DNA of 55,407 nt from an uncultured virus (IMG/VR IMGVR_UViG_3300013382_000005) (IMGVR_UViG_3300013382_000005); one strand, 5' to 3'. Counted from the stretch's first letter, positions 41,750 to 51,358 are shown. The notes: generated by a model from the sequence alone, not told the origin. Made by a program: numbers and translations.

Positions 41750-42366
41750 TATTCAACCTCATCGAAATAAGTAGCTTCCATATCTGCAATGTGAAGTGCA
41801 ACACATAATGGATCCTGTTCGAATGCTTTGTTCAGAGATCTGTCTCCGCCTTTTACAGCTGAATCGAATGCGCCCATATGCCATCTTATAGCTAATCCTT
41901 CTGTATCTGTAAGCTTCATAAATTTATTAATCAGATAGACGGATTTTTCGCCATGACCATATGGCAATTGCTCATCTATCTTATAATATGGTTGACGAGA
42001 CCATTTTCCTGTTTCTTCATCTTTTACGTTCTTGAAATCTACTTTATAAAAATTAGCTTTACAAAGATCATGCAAAAGAGAAACAATAGTTGCGCTTTCA
42101 GCAAGACTTTCTTTATTATCTTCAGTTAAAAATTCTTTTGGTAAATCTCTGCATACTCTACGTATACGTTCATATACATTTATACTATGTACTACTAAAC
42201 CGCCCTTATGAGAGCAATGGTACTGACTAGAAGCTGGAGCTATAAAAAAGTCTGTTTCATTTTGCATATAATTCAGCAAGTCTTGTATACCATCTCGCTT
42301 AACTTGTGTAAGCATAATATTTTTATATTTTTCTGCATTAGCAGATATTTGTTCTTCAGTAATCAC
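41749..42366 (-). CDS. HD-domain phosphohydrolase
   Basis: APAS..YH....GGL..HS, LLHDLCK, GHGEKS, AIRWHMG, H.AD. Confidence 0.88.
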   Translation of the reverse strand: MITEEQISANAEKYKNIMLTQVKRDGIQDLLNYMQNETDFFIAPASSQYHCSHKGGLVVHSINVYERIRRVCRDLPKEFLTEDNKESLAESATIVSLLHDLCKANFYKVDFKNVKDEETGKWSRQPYYKIDEQLPYGHGEKSVYLINKFMKLTDTEGLAIRWHMGAFDSAVKGGDRSLNKAFEQDPLCVALHIADMEATYFDEVE

Positions 42367-42423
42367 AAATTCTCCTTATTTTTGAATATATTAAATTTAT
42401 TTGGAAAATAATTCATATAGTAC

Positions 42424-42452
42424 TTGACAATCAGAATATAATATGTTATAAT
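42424..42452 (+). promoter_or_regulatory. Consensus sigma-A/70 promoter (extended -10)
   Basis: TTGACA-17 nt-TATAAT with TG before the -10. Confidence 0.8.
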
Positions 42453-42488
42453 ATCTTTGGAATAATTTAAAGGAGGGTGTTATATATT

Positions 42489-42848
42489 ATGGCACTTGAA
42501 CTTACGGAAGAGATGCTGCAACAACTTAAAGAGGTTTGCATCGAAACCATCAATAAGAGCGCAGAGGGCGAAGGTAAACGCAAGAAGCGTGCCTTTCATA
42601 AAAACGATCTTGCCATGAATTGCTTCCTTGCCAATCATGTAGATCTTGGTAAGGCAATAACTTCTGCATCTATTGACGATGTAAACTCTGTCTTAGCAAC
42701 ATTTGGCAGTACAACCAACAACTCTGAAGAAATTAAAAAGCTTCAGGATGAAGAAAGCGTACTTCGTGAACAGCTGAAGACTATTAAGGAAAAACTTAAT
42801 GCTCTTAAGCCTTCTAAGAAAGATGCAATTTCCATTAAGGTAAAATAA
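42489..42848 (+). CDS. Hypothetical protein with C-terminal coiled coil; isolated plus-strand gene
   Basis: Own promoter, SD AAGGAGG, ATG at 42489, terminator downstream. Confidence 0.8.
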   Translation: MALELTEEMLQQLKEVCIETINKSAEGEGKRKKRAFHKNDLAMNCFLANHVDLGKAITSASIDDVNSVLATFGSTTNNSEEIKKLQDEESVLREQLKTIKEKLNALKPSKKDAISIKVK

Positions 42849-42883
42849 AAATAAGAGGTGGGTTTATTCCACCTCTTATTTTT
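42848..42883. terminator. Bidirectional intrinsic terminator
   Basis: AAAATAAGAGGTGG...CCACCTCTTATTTT between convergent genes. Confidence 0.8.
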
Positions 42884-44610
42884 TACTTCTTATATACTGT
42901 TACAATTTTACTTTTAATTCCAATGCTCTTCAGAATTTCAATCATATTATTTGCATTTTGTAGATTTGCAAACGCTCCGAATTGAATTGTATACATATAA
43001 TCCAATTTAAATGCTGTAGGGATAATTGTGTTTCTATACACTGTATTATTAATAGTGCTCTTTATTCGTGTCAAATATAAAGTTGCAGACGTTAAATTCG
43101 CACATGCAATTGTAGATACTACACGATAATATAATACTTCTTTATTCGTATCAGGTTTAGTCTCCGTGTTGTTAGAAGACGACTTAATAATCGTATCATA
43201 ATACTTTTTCACGTTGCTAATAAATGTGCTTAAATGAGGAAGAATATATACCGGACAATTTTTTCTTGGTCTTGAACCATCAGGTAAAAATGTCACGATC
43301 TTCTCTTCCATACCCATAAAATAATTATGGGTATATATATCTATGTTAGGATCAAGCTTATTAATATAACATAAATATGCAGCAAGCCTGGCTGTTGTAT
43401 CTTCTGCAATAGCCGAATTGCCGATACATTCAATAGCTATCGTATCAAGATTGCCTCCAATAGAACTCCATCTAGATCCACTATGAGGAGATCTACGTAT
43501 AGATCCATCACTTGCATGCCATCCTCTTTCAACCTTACCATAATCAGTTTCTAGAATTTGCCATATACAAGTATCATCTACAAAGTAATGAACAACAGCG
43601 CCTCCTCCATAACCGTTATAAAATGCTCTAGCACTTTGCTCTGCTGCTGTTGTTCCAGACTGTACTCTTGATACATCAGTATTATGGATTGTAATGCCTC
43701 TAGGATGTCCACTGCCATTATCTACCTTGGCACATGGTTTCATATGTTGTCCAATTTTAACGTGGTCTGCTATATTCTTATTTGAAACAAGATTATCAGG
43801 ACATATCTTACGATTAATTTTTAAAGTCTTACCATCTACAATAATTGTCTTAATAGAGTCTGGCTTTAAAATCGGATTGTTATTATTTATATATTGAACC
43901 TTAGATGCATTACTACCAGTAGACGTACTAGAACTAGAGGATGTATTGCCAGCAGTTGCCGTATCTTTTGTTTCATCCAGAATAGCAGTATTAGAATATA
44001 CTGCGAATACATTATCTACTGCTCTATTATAAGCATCCTTAGTCTTTTTGACGCCGTTAATAAGCATATTAGTGCTTCCTCCGCCATCAAGATTGATAGC
44101 ATATTCACATCCAAGATCTAATAAAATAGACTGTGCTATATTAAACGTAATTCCAGGATTTTCTACGCAGACAACATAAATCTTAGATTTATTATAACCA
44201 AGCATAGTCCTTCTGGCCTTATAATTAATTTCTGTCGCAAAATCTATTTTAACTCTTTTCCCTCCATCTATCAGATTGGGATATCCAGACATAAAGTCTC
44301 TCCACTGATATTGAGATTGATAACCATAAATTAAGTCATTATCGCCTTTAATACCCATACCCCATTTATACTGTGTAGAGGATGCCTGAATTCTTGATTC
44401 GTCTACGAAATTAAAAACAGGATCACCATTGCTCATATTAAAGAATCCTGCGTTAACAAGCAAAGTAGGCTTTGTACTCTGTCGATTATAAAAAGACTGA
44501 AGTGTTTCTCTTGGTTCCTTACAAGTTGCAAAATCAAGACGATATGCTTCATTTTTATTAATTTCTGCAACTATTATATACTTCTGATTCTGATAATAAT
44601 ATATTCGCAT
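42883..44610 (-). CDS. Modular cell-wall hydrolase: phosphodiester glycosidase (NAGPA-like) + amidase_2 + SPOR-like domain
   Basis: NAGFF, RT.LG, NLDGGGS; TIHNT, HYFVD, GWHA, IEC, TH, KNCP; QFGAFAN..NA. Confidence 0.8.
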   Translation of the reverse strand: MRIYYYQNQKYIIVAEINKNEAYRLDFATCKEPRETLQSFYNRQSTKPTLLVNAGFFNMSNGDPVFNFVDESRIQASSTQYKWGMGIKGDNDLIYGYQSQYQWRDFMSGYPNLIDGGKRVKIDFATEINYKARRTMLGYNKSKIYVVCVENPGITFNIAQSILLDLGCEYAINLDGGGSTNMLINGVKKTKDAYNRAVDNVFAVYSNTAILDETKDTATAGNTSSSSSTSTGSNASKVQYINNNNPILKPDSIKTIIVDGKTLKINRKICPDNLVSNKNIADHVKIGQHMKPCAKVDNGSGHPRGITIHNTDVSRVQSGTTAAEQSARAFYNGYGGGAVVHYFVDDTCIWQILETDYGKVERGWHASDGSIRRSPHSGSRWSSIGGNLDTIAIECIGNSAIAEDTTARLAAYLCYINKLDPNIDIYTHNYFMGMEEKIVTFLPDGSRPRKNCPVYILPHLSTFISNVKKYYDTIIKSSSNNTETKPDTNKEVLYYRVVSTIACANLTSATLYLTRIKSTINNTVYRNTIIPTAFKLDYMYTIQFGAFANLQNANNMIEILKSIGIKSKIVTVYKK

Positions 44611-44662
44611 TCAATATTATCCTTATATGTATTTATTTAATTATTTTTAAATTATTATATCT

Positions 44663-44989
44663 TTAGTTAGTATTTTCTTTATCCGTAGAATTATTGCAAG
44701 AATCAAAGATATCTTGCGCAGAAAGAATAAACAAATCTTCTGTATCATTATCAAATACAATAATGCCATGCATATATTCATTATCTTCAATTTCTGTATT
44801 TTTATTTTCTTCGCTACGGATAAGAACAACAGTAGCTGATTTACTGATTATATCTTTAGATTGTACATTATAATCTAATTCATTAAGCAAATCTTTAATT
44901 TGTTCCTTGTGAAATTCTCTTCGTACCATAGATAATAAATATCCTATAATAACGCATAAAATACCATATATAATAATTCTAGCTATCAT
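44663..44989 (-). CDS. Hypothetical membrane protein
   Basis: N-terminal hydrophobic helix; lies between two cell-wall enzyme genes. Confidence 0.6.
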   Translation of the reverse strand: MIARIIIYGILCVIIGYLLSMVRREFHKEQIKDLLNELDYNVQSKDIISKSATVVLIRSEENKNTEIEDNEYMHGIIVFDNDTEDLFILSAQDIFDSCNNSTDKENTN

Positions 44990-45003
44990 ATTATTTATTT
45001 TTC

Positions 45004-45831
45004 TTATTTACTTTTTAAATTTGCTTTTCTCTCAAGAACCTGATCTGTATAGGAAATAGAATAAATACCCTGATTCCATAATACTCGTGCGCCATTAACT
45101 CCACTCTTATAACACATAATCATCTGAGTTTCTGTTTCACAATATGGTCTTATAGTATAAAGCATATAAATACCAGCAAGTATGCTACTTTTAGGATCAA
45201 GGAAATCTGTAATACCAAGCTTTTCTGACATCCATTCGTGATTACAAATGTTTATCTGCATTAATCCATAATCATCTGTAACACTTATTACGTCAGGCTG
45301 GTATTCGCTTTCTCTGCCCATAATAGCAAATACTAATTTTTCATCTATATTATATTGTTTACATACATCTTCAGTATATTCTTGTAACTCATCGCTAAGA
45401 GGAATATCATAATATATATAATCTCCAGATCTTGCAACAGTTGGAAGTGTTTTTTCAGGTTTGATTTCTTCTTTATTTTCTAATACTGTAACATCTTCAG
45501 TTTCTATTTTTATATCTGAAGCTGTCTCGGATTTTGGCTCTGATTCATCTTCATGAGAATCAAATGCAACAGCAGCTGCCATAAACCCTTTTATAAAATA
45601 TGTTTTTGTGTCTGATTCAGGATATGGCAAGCTTAACTCATAATAACTATATTCAGTTTCTGGATCAGATCTTGGTGCTTCAATTTTTATGATTGGATCA
45701 GTATCATAAATAAAATCATGACTATGGTCATATGCTCCACAAGCAGTGGTAGCAAAAATAAATGCAGCACAACCAAGTGCTGCGACACAAGTTGTTTTCT
45801 TATTCATAATAAAAGTTGCTCCTTTAAGCAA
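45004..45831 (-). CDS. Lytic transglycosylase (SLT) with signal peptide
   Basis: AIMGRES, DYGLMQIN, DP...ILAG..ML; start may be the ATG of MNKKTT. Confidence 0.85.
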   Translation of the reverse strand: MLKGATFIMNKKTTCVAALGCAAFIFATTACGAYDHSHDFIYDTDPIIKIEAPRSDPETEYSYYELSLPYPESDTKTYFIKGFMAAAVAFDSHEDESEPKSETASDIKIETEDVTVLENKEEIKPEKTLPTVARSGDYIYYDIPLSDELQEYTEDVCKQYNIDEKLVFAIMGRESEYQPDVISVTDDYGLMQINICNHEWMSEKLGITDFLDPKSSILAGIYMLYTIRPYCETETQMIMCYKSGVNGARVLWNQGIYSISYTDQVLERKANLKSK

Positions 45832-45951
45832 GGTTTAAATCTTTGGATTGAGAGCCACACAAGAAGTTATTACTGCTGTGACATAGCTCAACACACTATT
45901 TTGGCTTCAGAGCAACTACTGCCCGTATCGTCACTCGTTTATTTTTGTATT

Positions 45952-46503
45952 TTAATGCGTAATAACGGATAGTGTATCTATCGCACATGCATAATGATAA
46001 ATAGTATCCACAAGAGTATCTAGATCTCTTCCCTCGTTATTTGATATAATTGTAGTAGGTTTATATTTCTGCATATCAAATTTAATCTCGTCATTGGATA
46101 TACGCGACTCTATCTGTTCAGAAGTGTCGCCGCGCTGCTTCATTCTGCTTCTACGAGTTTTCTCATCACAGTCAATATAAATATCTATAAGACGCTTAGA
46201 ACCATGATAATGTTCTTTAAGATATTCAATTCCATCTGGGTCTATAACATAAATATCGTTATTATCTAACTGTTCAGCTGTAGCGCAATAATAATTACCA
46301 TTAAATTCAGTGTAAGCTATCTTATTTTCCAGCTTATTAAATTCATCTATAGAAACAAAAATATGAGAATCATCATTAATTCTCGGTGATCTTGTTGTAT
46401 ATGACTTTAATACTGATAAATTATATTTTTTGGTAAGCATATCAGCGACAGTTGTTTTGCCACTACCACTCTTGCCTACTAATAGTATAATTATATTGTC
46501 CAT
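45952..46503 (-). CDS. gmk: Guanylate kinase
   Basis: GKSGSGKTT, SYTTR.PR, HIFVS, YVIDPDG, RM..RGD. Confidence 0.88.
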   Translation of the reverse strand: MDNIIILLVGKSGSGKTTVADMLTKKYNLSVLKSYTTRSPRINDDSHIFVSIDEFNKLENKIAYTEFNGNYYCATAEQLDNNDIYVIDPDGIEYLKEHYHGSKRLIDIYIDCDEKTRRSRMKQRGDTSEQIESRISNDEIKFDMQKYKPTTIISNNEGRDLDTLVDTIYHYACAIDTLSVITH

Positions 46504-46742
46504 TTATCTCCTTCTCCTTCTTGGAGTGTTATTAATCCTATTTTGCCTGTTGTTGGTTTTGCGGTTTTGCTTTGCATGGATTCTTTGATTACATACTGTT
46601 CAATATTTTTATTGTTCAAAGCACTATATGTACTTACCAGAAAATTATCAAGCGCTTTGTAAATTGGTTCACAATATTGTTTATATTTTATATGATTTAA
46701 ATATCGTGCTGACTCTAAATATTTTTTTAATATATCAATCAT
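46491..46742 (-). CDS. Hypothetical protein
   Basis: 83-aa ORF; shares the MIDILKKY start with its neighbour. Confidence 0.6.
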   Translation of the reverse strand: MIDILKKYLESARYLNHIKYKQYCEPIYKALDNFLVSTYSALNNKNIEQYVIKESMQSKTAKPTTGKIGLITLQEGEGDKWTI

Positions 46743-47055
46743 GTCTATTTATAGGTGTATCATCCATTAATATTCGCGAATTATTATAATTATTTCTTGA
46801 CATTATCGTTCCAAATAAATTCATAAAATCGTCGTAATGCTCAAGACTAACAGTAAAAGCATATGTATGTTTATTATTCAAAGAAACCGTATTAATAGAG
46901 TGACAACCTTCTTGATTCTGACTTGTTGTTATTTTTATATTATCATAAGGATTACCAATCAAAATATTATCAATTTCATGGCCTACCAAATGGAAGCCCA
47001 TGAATTTCAAACAGAATGTTTTTGAATTAATATATTTTTTAAGAATATCTATCAT
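46735..47055 (-). CDS. Hypothetical protein
   Basis: 106-aa ORF; MIDILKKY start. Confidence 0.6.
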   Translation of the reverse strand: MIDILKKYINSKTFCLKFMGFHLVGHEIDNILIGNPYDNIKITTSQNQEGCHSINTVSLNNKHTYAFTVSLEHYDDFMNLFGTIMSRNNYNNSRILMDDTPINRHD

Positions 47056-47375
47056 GTATTTTTGAAATATTCAACTACCTCTTTGAAGGACTTGCATTTA
47101 TTATACCAATTAAAGTCCACATCCATACAACCATATTCATAATCCTTATCTGCATGCTTACAATAATAATTTAATGGCATATGATAAGCATTTTTTATTT
47201 GTTTTAATAAATCTTGGTTCTGACTTTCTATTTCTTCTATAGGTAATCCTATATAATTATCATATATATTATCTAATGCATGCAATGATTTAAGTCCAGC
47301 AGAACGAGCACACAAAATCTTTTTATACTTAACTTGTTCTGTCAAACTAATATAACACATATGTTTAATTTTCAT
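47052..47375 (-). CDS. Hypothetical protein
   Basis: 107-aa ORF. Confidence 0.6.
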   Translation of the reverse strand: MKIKHMCYISLTEQVKYKKILCARSAGLKSLHALDNIYDNYIGLPIEEIESQNQDLLKQIKNAYHMPLNYYCKHADKDYEYGCMDVDFNWYNKCKSFKEVVEYFKNT

Positions 47376-47384
47376 TATACTTTT

Positions 47385-47693
47385 CTATTCTATGTCGTTT
47401 ATATCGAAAGAGTCATCTAGATATAATGTTTTAATTTCCATAGTATAATGATTTTCACACCAATTGCCTTCAGTCCAACATTCAAATGAATTTTCGGTTT
47501 CTTCCATACAATCGGTATTATTAGGCAAATTCTGCCCAAGAATATCATTAATTAACTCTTGCGTATCTTCAGCATTTAAGATACTTTTATAGTAATCATT
47601 AGCTTTTTCTAAACTAGAAAAAACATTGCTTGTCTGTGATCCAGGATCGCCTCGGTCACACCAATCTTCTGATATAACATATATTTTACGCAT
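47385..47693 (-). CDS. Hypothetical protein
   Basis: 102-aa ORF. Confidence 0.6.
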   Translation of the reverse strand: MRKIYVISEDWCDRGDPGSQTSNVFSSLEKANDYYKSILNAEDTQELINDILGQNLPNNTDCMEETENSFECWTEGNWCENHYTMEIKTLYLDDSFDINDIE

Positions 47694-47695
47694 AA

Positions 47696-47911
47696 TTATA
47701 ATCCTTCCTCGATATCTTTATCATAATCTTTAAGCTGTGCTTCACATATCTTATATGCAAATTCTGCTAAAAAATCTAATGGCAATAGAGTGCCAAATGT
47801 GTCAAACAAAAGTGTTGCAAGATTAGTATTTATCTTAAAAGAATCACCTTTTTCTTCGTTAATTTCCCTTTCTTTATCAACTATATATTCTATTTTTTCG
47901 TCTCTGGTCAT
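47696..47911 (-). CDS. Hypothetical protein
   Basis: 71-aa ORF. Confidence 0.55.
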   Translation of the reverse strand: MTRDEKIEYIVDKEREINEEKGDSFKINTNLATLLFDTFGTLLPLDFLAEFAYKICEAQLKDYDKDIEEGL

Positions 47912-48605
47912 AGTTGTAATTTTCTATATCCTTATGCGTCCACTTAGTTTGATACGCTTCCCCATCTTCTTCAAAATACTTTGTATATAGATAAGATCTT
48001 ATGTCTTGATTCTTATCTATTTCAAAGTATCCAAGATTAATATATCTATCTTCTATTTCCTTAGGAACCAAATAGATATTAATAGCCGAGGTGTTTAATT
48101 CTGGATATACTACTTCTGCATATATTTTACCAAACGGTGTATCTATGTGAATCTTATCATCTAAAAGTCTAACTTCGTATAGAGTCATTTTAATATTCTT
48201 AGTTCTTAACTCTTCGTCATACTCAGAAACATAAAGATCCAGTCTCCAGATACTACGGTAAGTATAATTTATGCTATTATCTAACCTATTAGTATAGCAT
48301 GAGGAATTAATAATGTTGCTATCCGAATCTACTCCGAGATCTCTGAATCCAAATAACATTGAATCTGTTTCAATGGAAAAGTCGCGCATTTTTTCTTCTA
48401 ATGAATTCAAATCGATAACTAAATCGCTTGCATAACTACTACAATACTTTCCTGCTTCTTGGATCAGTTTAGTTATAATAGAAGTATAATTTATTTCTAT
48501 ACTTATTGTGTTATCATATCTCTTATACAATCGACCACTTGCTATCATAGTCTGATTAGTATCACCTTTAACTTTTACAAAGTCATCAATATTTACATTT
48601 CTCAT
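47877..48605 (-). CDS. Hypothetical protein
   Basis: 242-aa ORF. Confidence 0.65.
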   Translation of the reverse strand: MRNVNIDDFVKVKGDTNQTMIASGRLYKRYDNTISIEINYTSIITKLIQEAGKYCSSYASDLVIDLNSLEEKMRDFSIETDSMLFGFRDLGVDSDSNIINSSCYTNRLDNSINYTYRSIWRLDLYVSEYDEELRTKNIKMTLYEVRLLDDKIHIDTPFGKIYAEVVYPELNTSAINIYLVPKEIEDRYINLGYFEIDKNQDIRSYLYTKYFEEDGEAYQTKWTHKDIENYNYDQRRKNRIYS

Positions 48606-49101
48606 ATTTTTCTATATTCTCCTTTTCTTGACTATGCATATAGTTTATACTATGCGAGTCATCGACTACTTCATAAGCCAATGCTTCATTAAGACATTTA
48701 TTTAATATATTCTTATTTATTTCAATGGATGTATATTTATCTTGAGTAGCATTATAATATGTAATTTCAAAAGCATTAATAGCAATGACTCTCAAATCAC
48801 TATTATGTTCAAAATATATATAGAAGTCTTCGAATTCGATGATATTCTGCAAATCATCTTCTTCAAAATATGCGACTTCATCTGTATTTGGATCTACAAT
48901 TTCACATAGTTCGATTTCAGCCCTATTACCATTGCAAATCGACCATGAACTTTCATCACAATCAAAATAATAAGTCTTATTTTTAGTTTTAAGGGTAAAT
49001 GCCCCAGCGCTGATAAAAATGCCATTATTAACTTTTCTGTCCAAAGTCAAATGAATAACAATATCACTTATTGTAACTTGCACTTTTCTAATTCCTTTCA
49101 T
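48586..49101 (-). CDS. Hypothetical protein
   Basis: 171-aa ORF. Confidence 0.6.
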   Translation of the reverse strand: MKGIRKVQVTISDIVIHLTLDRKVNNGIFISAGAFTLKTKNKTYYFDCDESSWSICNGNRAEIELCEIVDPNTDEVAYFEEDDLQNIIEFEDFYIYFEHNSDLRVIAINAFEITYYNATQDKYTSIEINKNILNKCLNEALAYEVVDDSHSINYMHSQEKENIEKYEKCKY

Positions 49102-49384
49102 TTATATTATTTAAGATTTCTATGGCGTTGATGTATTTCAAGCTTGATTTAAAAATTTTTTGCCCTACCTGCAATATATATGCTATGTCATATATATACA
49201 GATAGGGCAAACCCTGACTTTTATTATATTATAAGGAGATTTTTATGGATTAAAAGGAATTCTACGAAGATTATTCAACTAATTTTATATATCTATATTT
49301 AAAGGAAGGTAAACACAAAAGGATACATTACTAGATTATAAGTCAGGAGAAAATAAAAATGCGCTCTAGCCTACACATTTTCTC

Positions 49385-49470
49385 TGGTAGGTCATTCAGG
49401 ATTTGAACCTAAGCTATATCTTATCCGGTGATTATGTTGCAATGCGCTCTACCAACTGAGCTAATGACCT
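49385..49470 (-). ncRNA. tRNA-like RNA with intact acceptor, D and T arms and CCA but no anticodon arm
   Basis: AGGTCAT/ATGACCT-A-CCA, TAGCTCAGTTGGTAGAGC, GGTTCAAATCC; central ~30 nt do not form a stem. Confidence 0.7.
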
Positions 49471-49504
49471 ATATAATCTGGATAATTTCTATCCAGATTT
49501 ATTT

Positions 49505-50134
49505 TTATCTGTTATGCTTTTCTTCTCTCTTATCTTTTCTTTTTCTTGATCTAAGAATAAAGTTCTTATATTGTTTATAAGATCTTATATTTATATACTT
49601 ACAAAGATAGGTATCGAAGCATTTTGCGTCATGGCATAATTCATACTCATTTGCAGAAGCAATGATATAAATTTCTTTATCAGGATTGTATTTTATTGCG
49701 GCTTCAAATAAACCTTCTTTTAAATCTATTATATTATCTATGGATAATCCACTATCAACTGCATCAAACAAAAACCATAATTCTTTAGCATTTGGATTTT
49801 TTCGAACCAATGCACCCATCTGATTGCCTATATTGTATAAATTCATTACAATATTTTCACCTTCAGATGATTGGACAGCAGTTGCTAAGAAATTAAAATC
49901 ACCGTAAAATCCTGCTTTTGATCTAGCATTTTCTCCGCCATCTTTTAGATTATCATAAAATACATATGGTATATTTTCTTTGCTTAATTTATACTGAATC
50001 TGATTGAGTAAAGAAGTTTTACCACAACCATTACATCCAATAAGTATAGTAACACCTGGTTCGAATGTAACAAAACTACGATAATATAAATTACCACATT
50101 CATTAGGGTCTCTATCGATTTTAAAAGTTCTCAT
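49505..50134 (-). CDS. ABC-type ATPase
   Basis: GCNGCGKT, SSEGE, LFDAVDSGLS. Confidence 0.8.
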   Translation of the reverse strand: MRTFKIDRDPNECGNLYYRSFVTFEPGVTILIGCNGCGKTSLLNQIQYKLSKENIPYVFYDNLKDGGENARSKAGFYGDFNFLATAVQSSEGENIVMNLYNIGNQMGALVRKNPNAKELWFLFDAVDSGLSIDNIIDLKEGLFEAAIKYNPDKEIYIIASANEYELCHDAKCFDTYLCKYINIRSYKQYKNFILRSRKRKDKREEKHNR

Positions 50135-50158
50135 ATATTATATTATTTTTTTAAAATA

Positions 50159-50193
50159 AAAATCCCTATATCAAAATATAATATAGGGATTTT
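50159..50193. terminator. Terminator-like hairpin
   Basis: AAAATCCCTATAT...ATATAGGGATTTT. Confidence 0.55.
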
Positions 50194-50441
50194 CTTTGTG
50201 GACAACGATCTTATAGATAGCTTAGACGTTAATCTGTTTACACAAATATATAGCGTCTATTGCATAGCTACGATATTTATTTTATTGCTCTATCGTTAAG
50301 CAAACTTTTTTAAGTTCAGCGTATATAGATTTACTATATACTTTTAAGCTAAGATATATCTTATGCTATCGGCTAGCTGATATTACCCGTAAACATCTTG
50401 AGATTTGCTCAAGACAACTAAAAGCTATGCAATAGAACTAC

Positions 50442-50517
50442 TGGCTCCACCTGCTGGGCTCGAACCAGCGACATCATGATTAACAGTCATGCGCTCTGCC
50501 AACTGAGCTAAGATGGA
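50442..50517 (-). tRNA. tRNA-Asn(GTT)
   Basis: Full cloverleaf, CATGA-CTGTTAA-TCATG, CCA end. Confidence 0.95.
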
Positions 50518-50810
50518 ATAAAAGAATGTTCAGATAGTTCGTTAAGCTATCCCGCTTTATACAAGCTGCTTTTTATTACTAAAAAGATCTTCCCTTGCCT
50601 CTTTACGCTGCCAAACACTTGCAGCTGCTACAGAGAGTGGTACAAACCAAAAGGCGTTCTAAATCCACTCTAAAACTGAATGGGGAATCAGGCACTAAAG
50701 TACCTCAATCTAGTCCTATTTAAGTATAGGGTTTTGATTTTTAAAAAATCAAGACAGTTAAAATTTTCAATTAATTGTTATGTATTAAAGATTGCTGTTA
50801 CTGTCTTAAA

Positions 50811-50902
50811 TGGCGGAAGATGAGGGATTCGAACCCCCGGTCCCAATTAAAGGAAGCATAGTTTTCAAGACTACCTCGTTATAACCACTTCGATAATCTT
50901 CC
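50811..50902 (-). tRNA. tRNA-Ser(TGA)
   Basis: Long variable arm, loop CTTGAAA, GCCA end. Confidence 0.93.
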
Positions 50903-50920
50903 AGATTTTTCAAATGAATA

Positions 50921-50949
50921 TTGACAAGCAATGTCATTTGTGATATAAT
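50921..50949 (+). promoter_or_regulatory. Consensus sigma-A/70 promoter antisense to the tRNA cluster
   Basis: TTGACA-17 nt-TATAAT. Confidence 0.8.
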
Positions 50950-51038
50950 ATATATACTGCAAGTGATTGAAGATCCCCGGACTACACACAAAATATTTTT
51001 ATAAAAATATGTATATTAATTCGGAGGATATTCAATCT

Positions 51039-51134
51039 ATGGAATTAAAAGAATTTATCAATACATTAGCAAGCGTAATTACAATATTTATGTTTGTAGC
51101 CAGTATTTTTGATTCAAATCATTCACGATTTTAA
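51039..51134 (+). CDS. 31-aa hydrophobic peptide, type I toxin-like
   Basis: SD GGAGG; MELKEFINTLASVITIFMFVASIFDSNHSRF; own promoter and terminator. Confidence 0.6.
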   Translation: MELKEFINTLASVITIFMFVASIFDSNHSRF

Positions 51135-51358
51135 CTTTTATTTAATTATTTTTAATATAATAATATAAGAATAAAATCGCTTGCAGTATTCCCTACCTCG
51201 TATTCACAGTACAAGGTGGGGGATTTTATTTTTACAGAAAATAACCAAACTGCTATTTTTAAGTCAAATAGTAACTCAGATTTTACTCTAAACTCTTGAG
51301 AAAGTCGTGCTGCCAAAACACACGGTTTCATTCTAAAGCTCTAAGACTTTAGTGGGCA

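Noticed and set aside
45840..45935. Riboswitch upstream of the transglycosylase
   Set aside because: Some pairing is possible but I could not match any known riboswitch consensus.
50806..50991. 61-aa ORF in the track
   Set aside because: Overlaps tRNA-Ser and a promoter; spurious.
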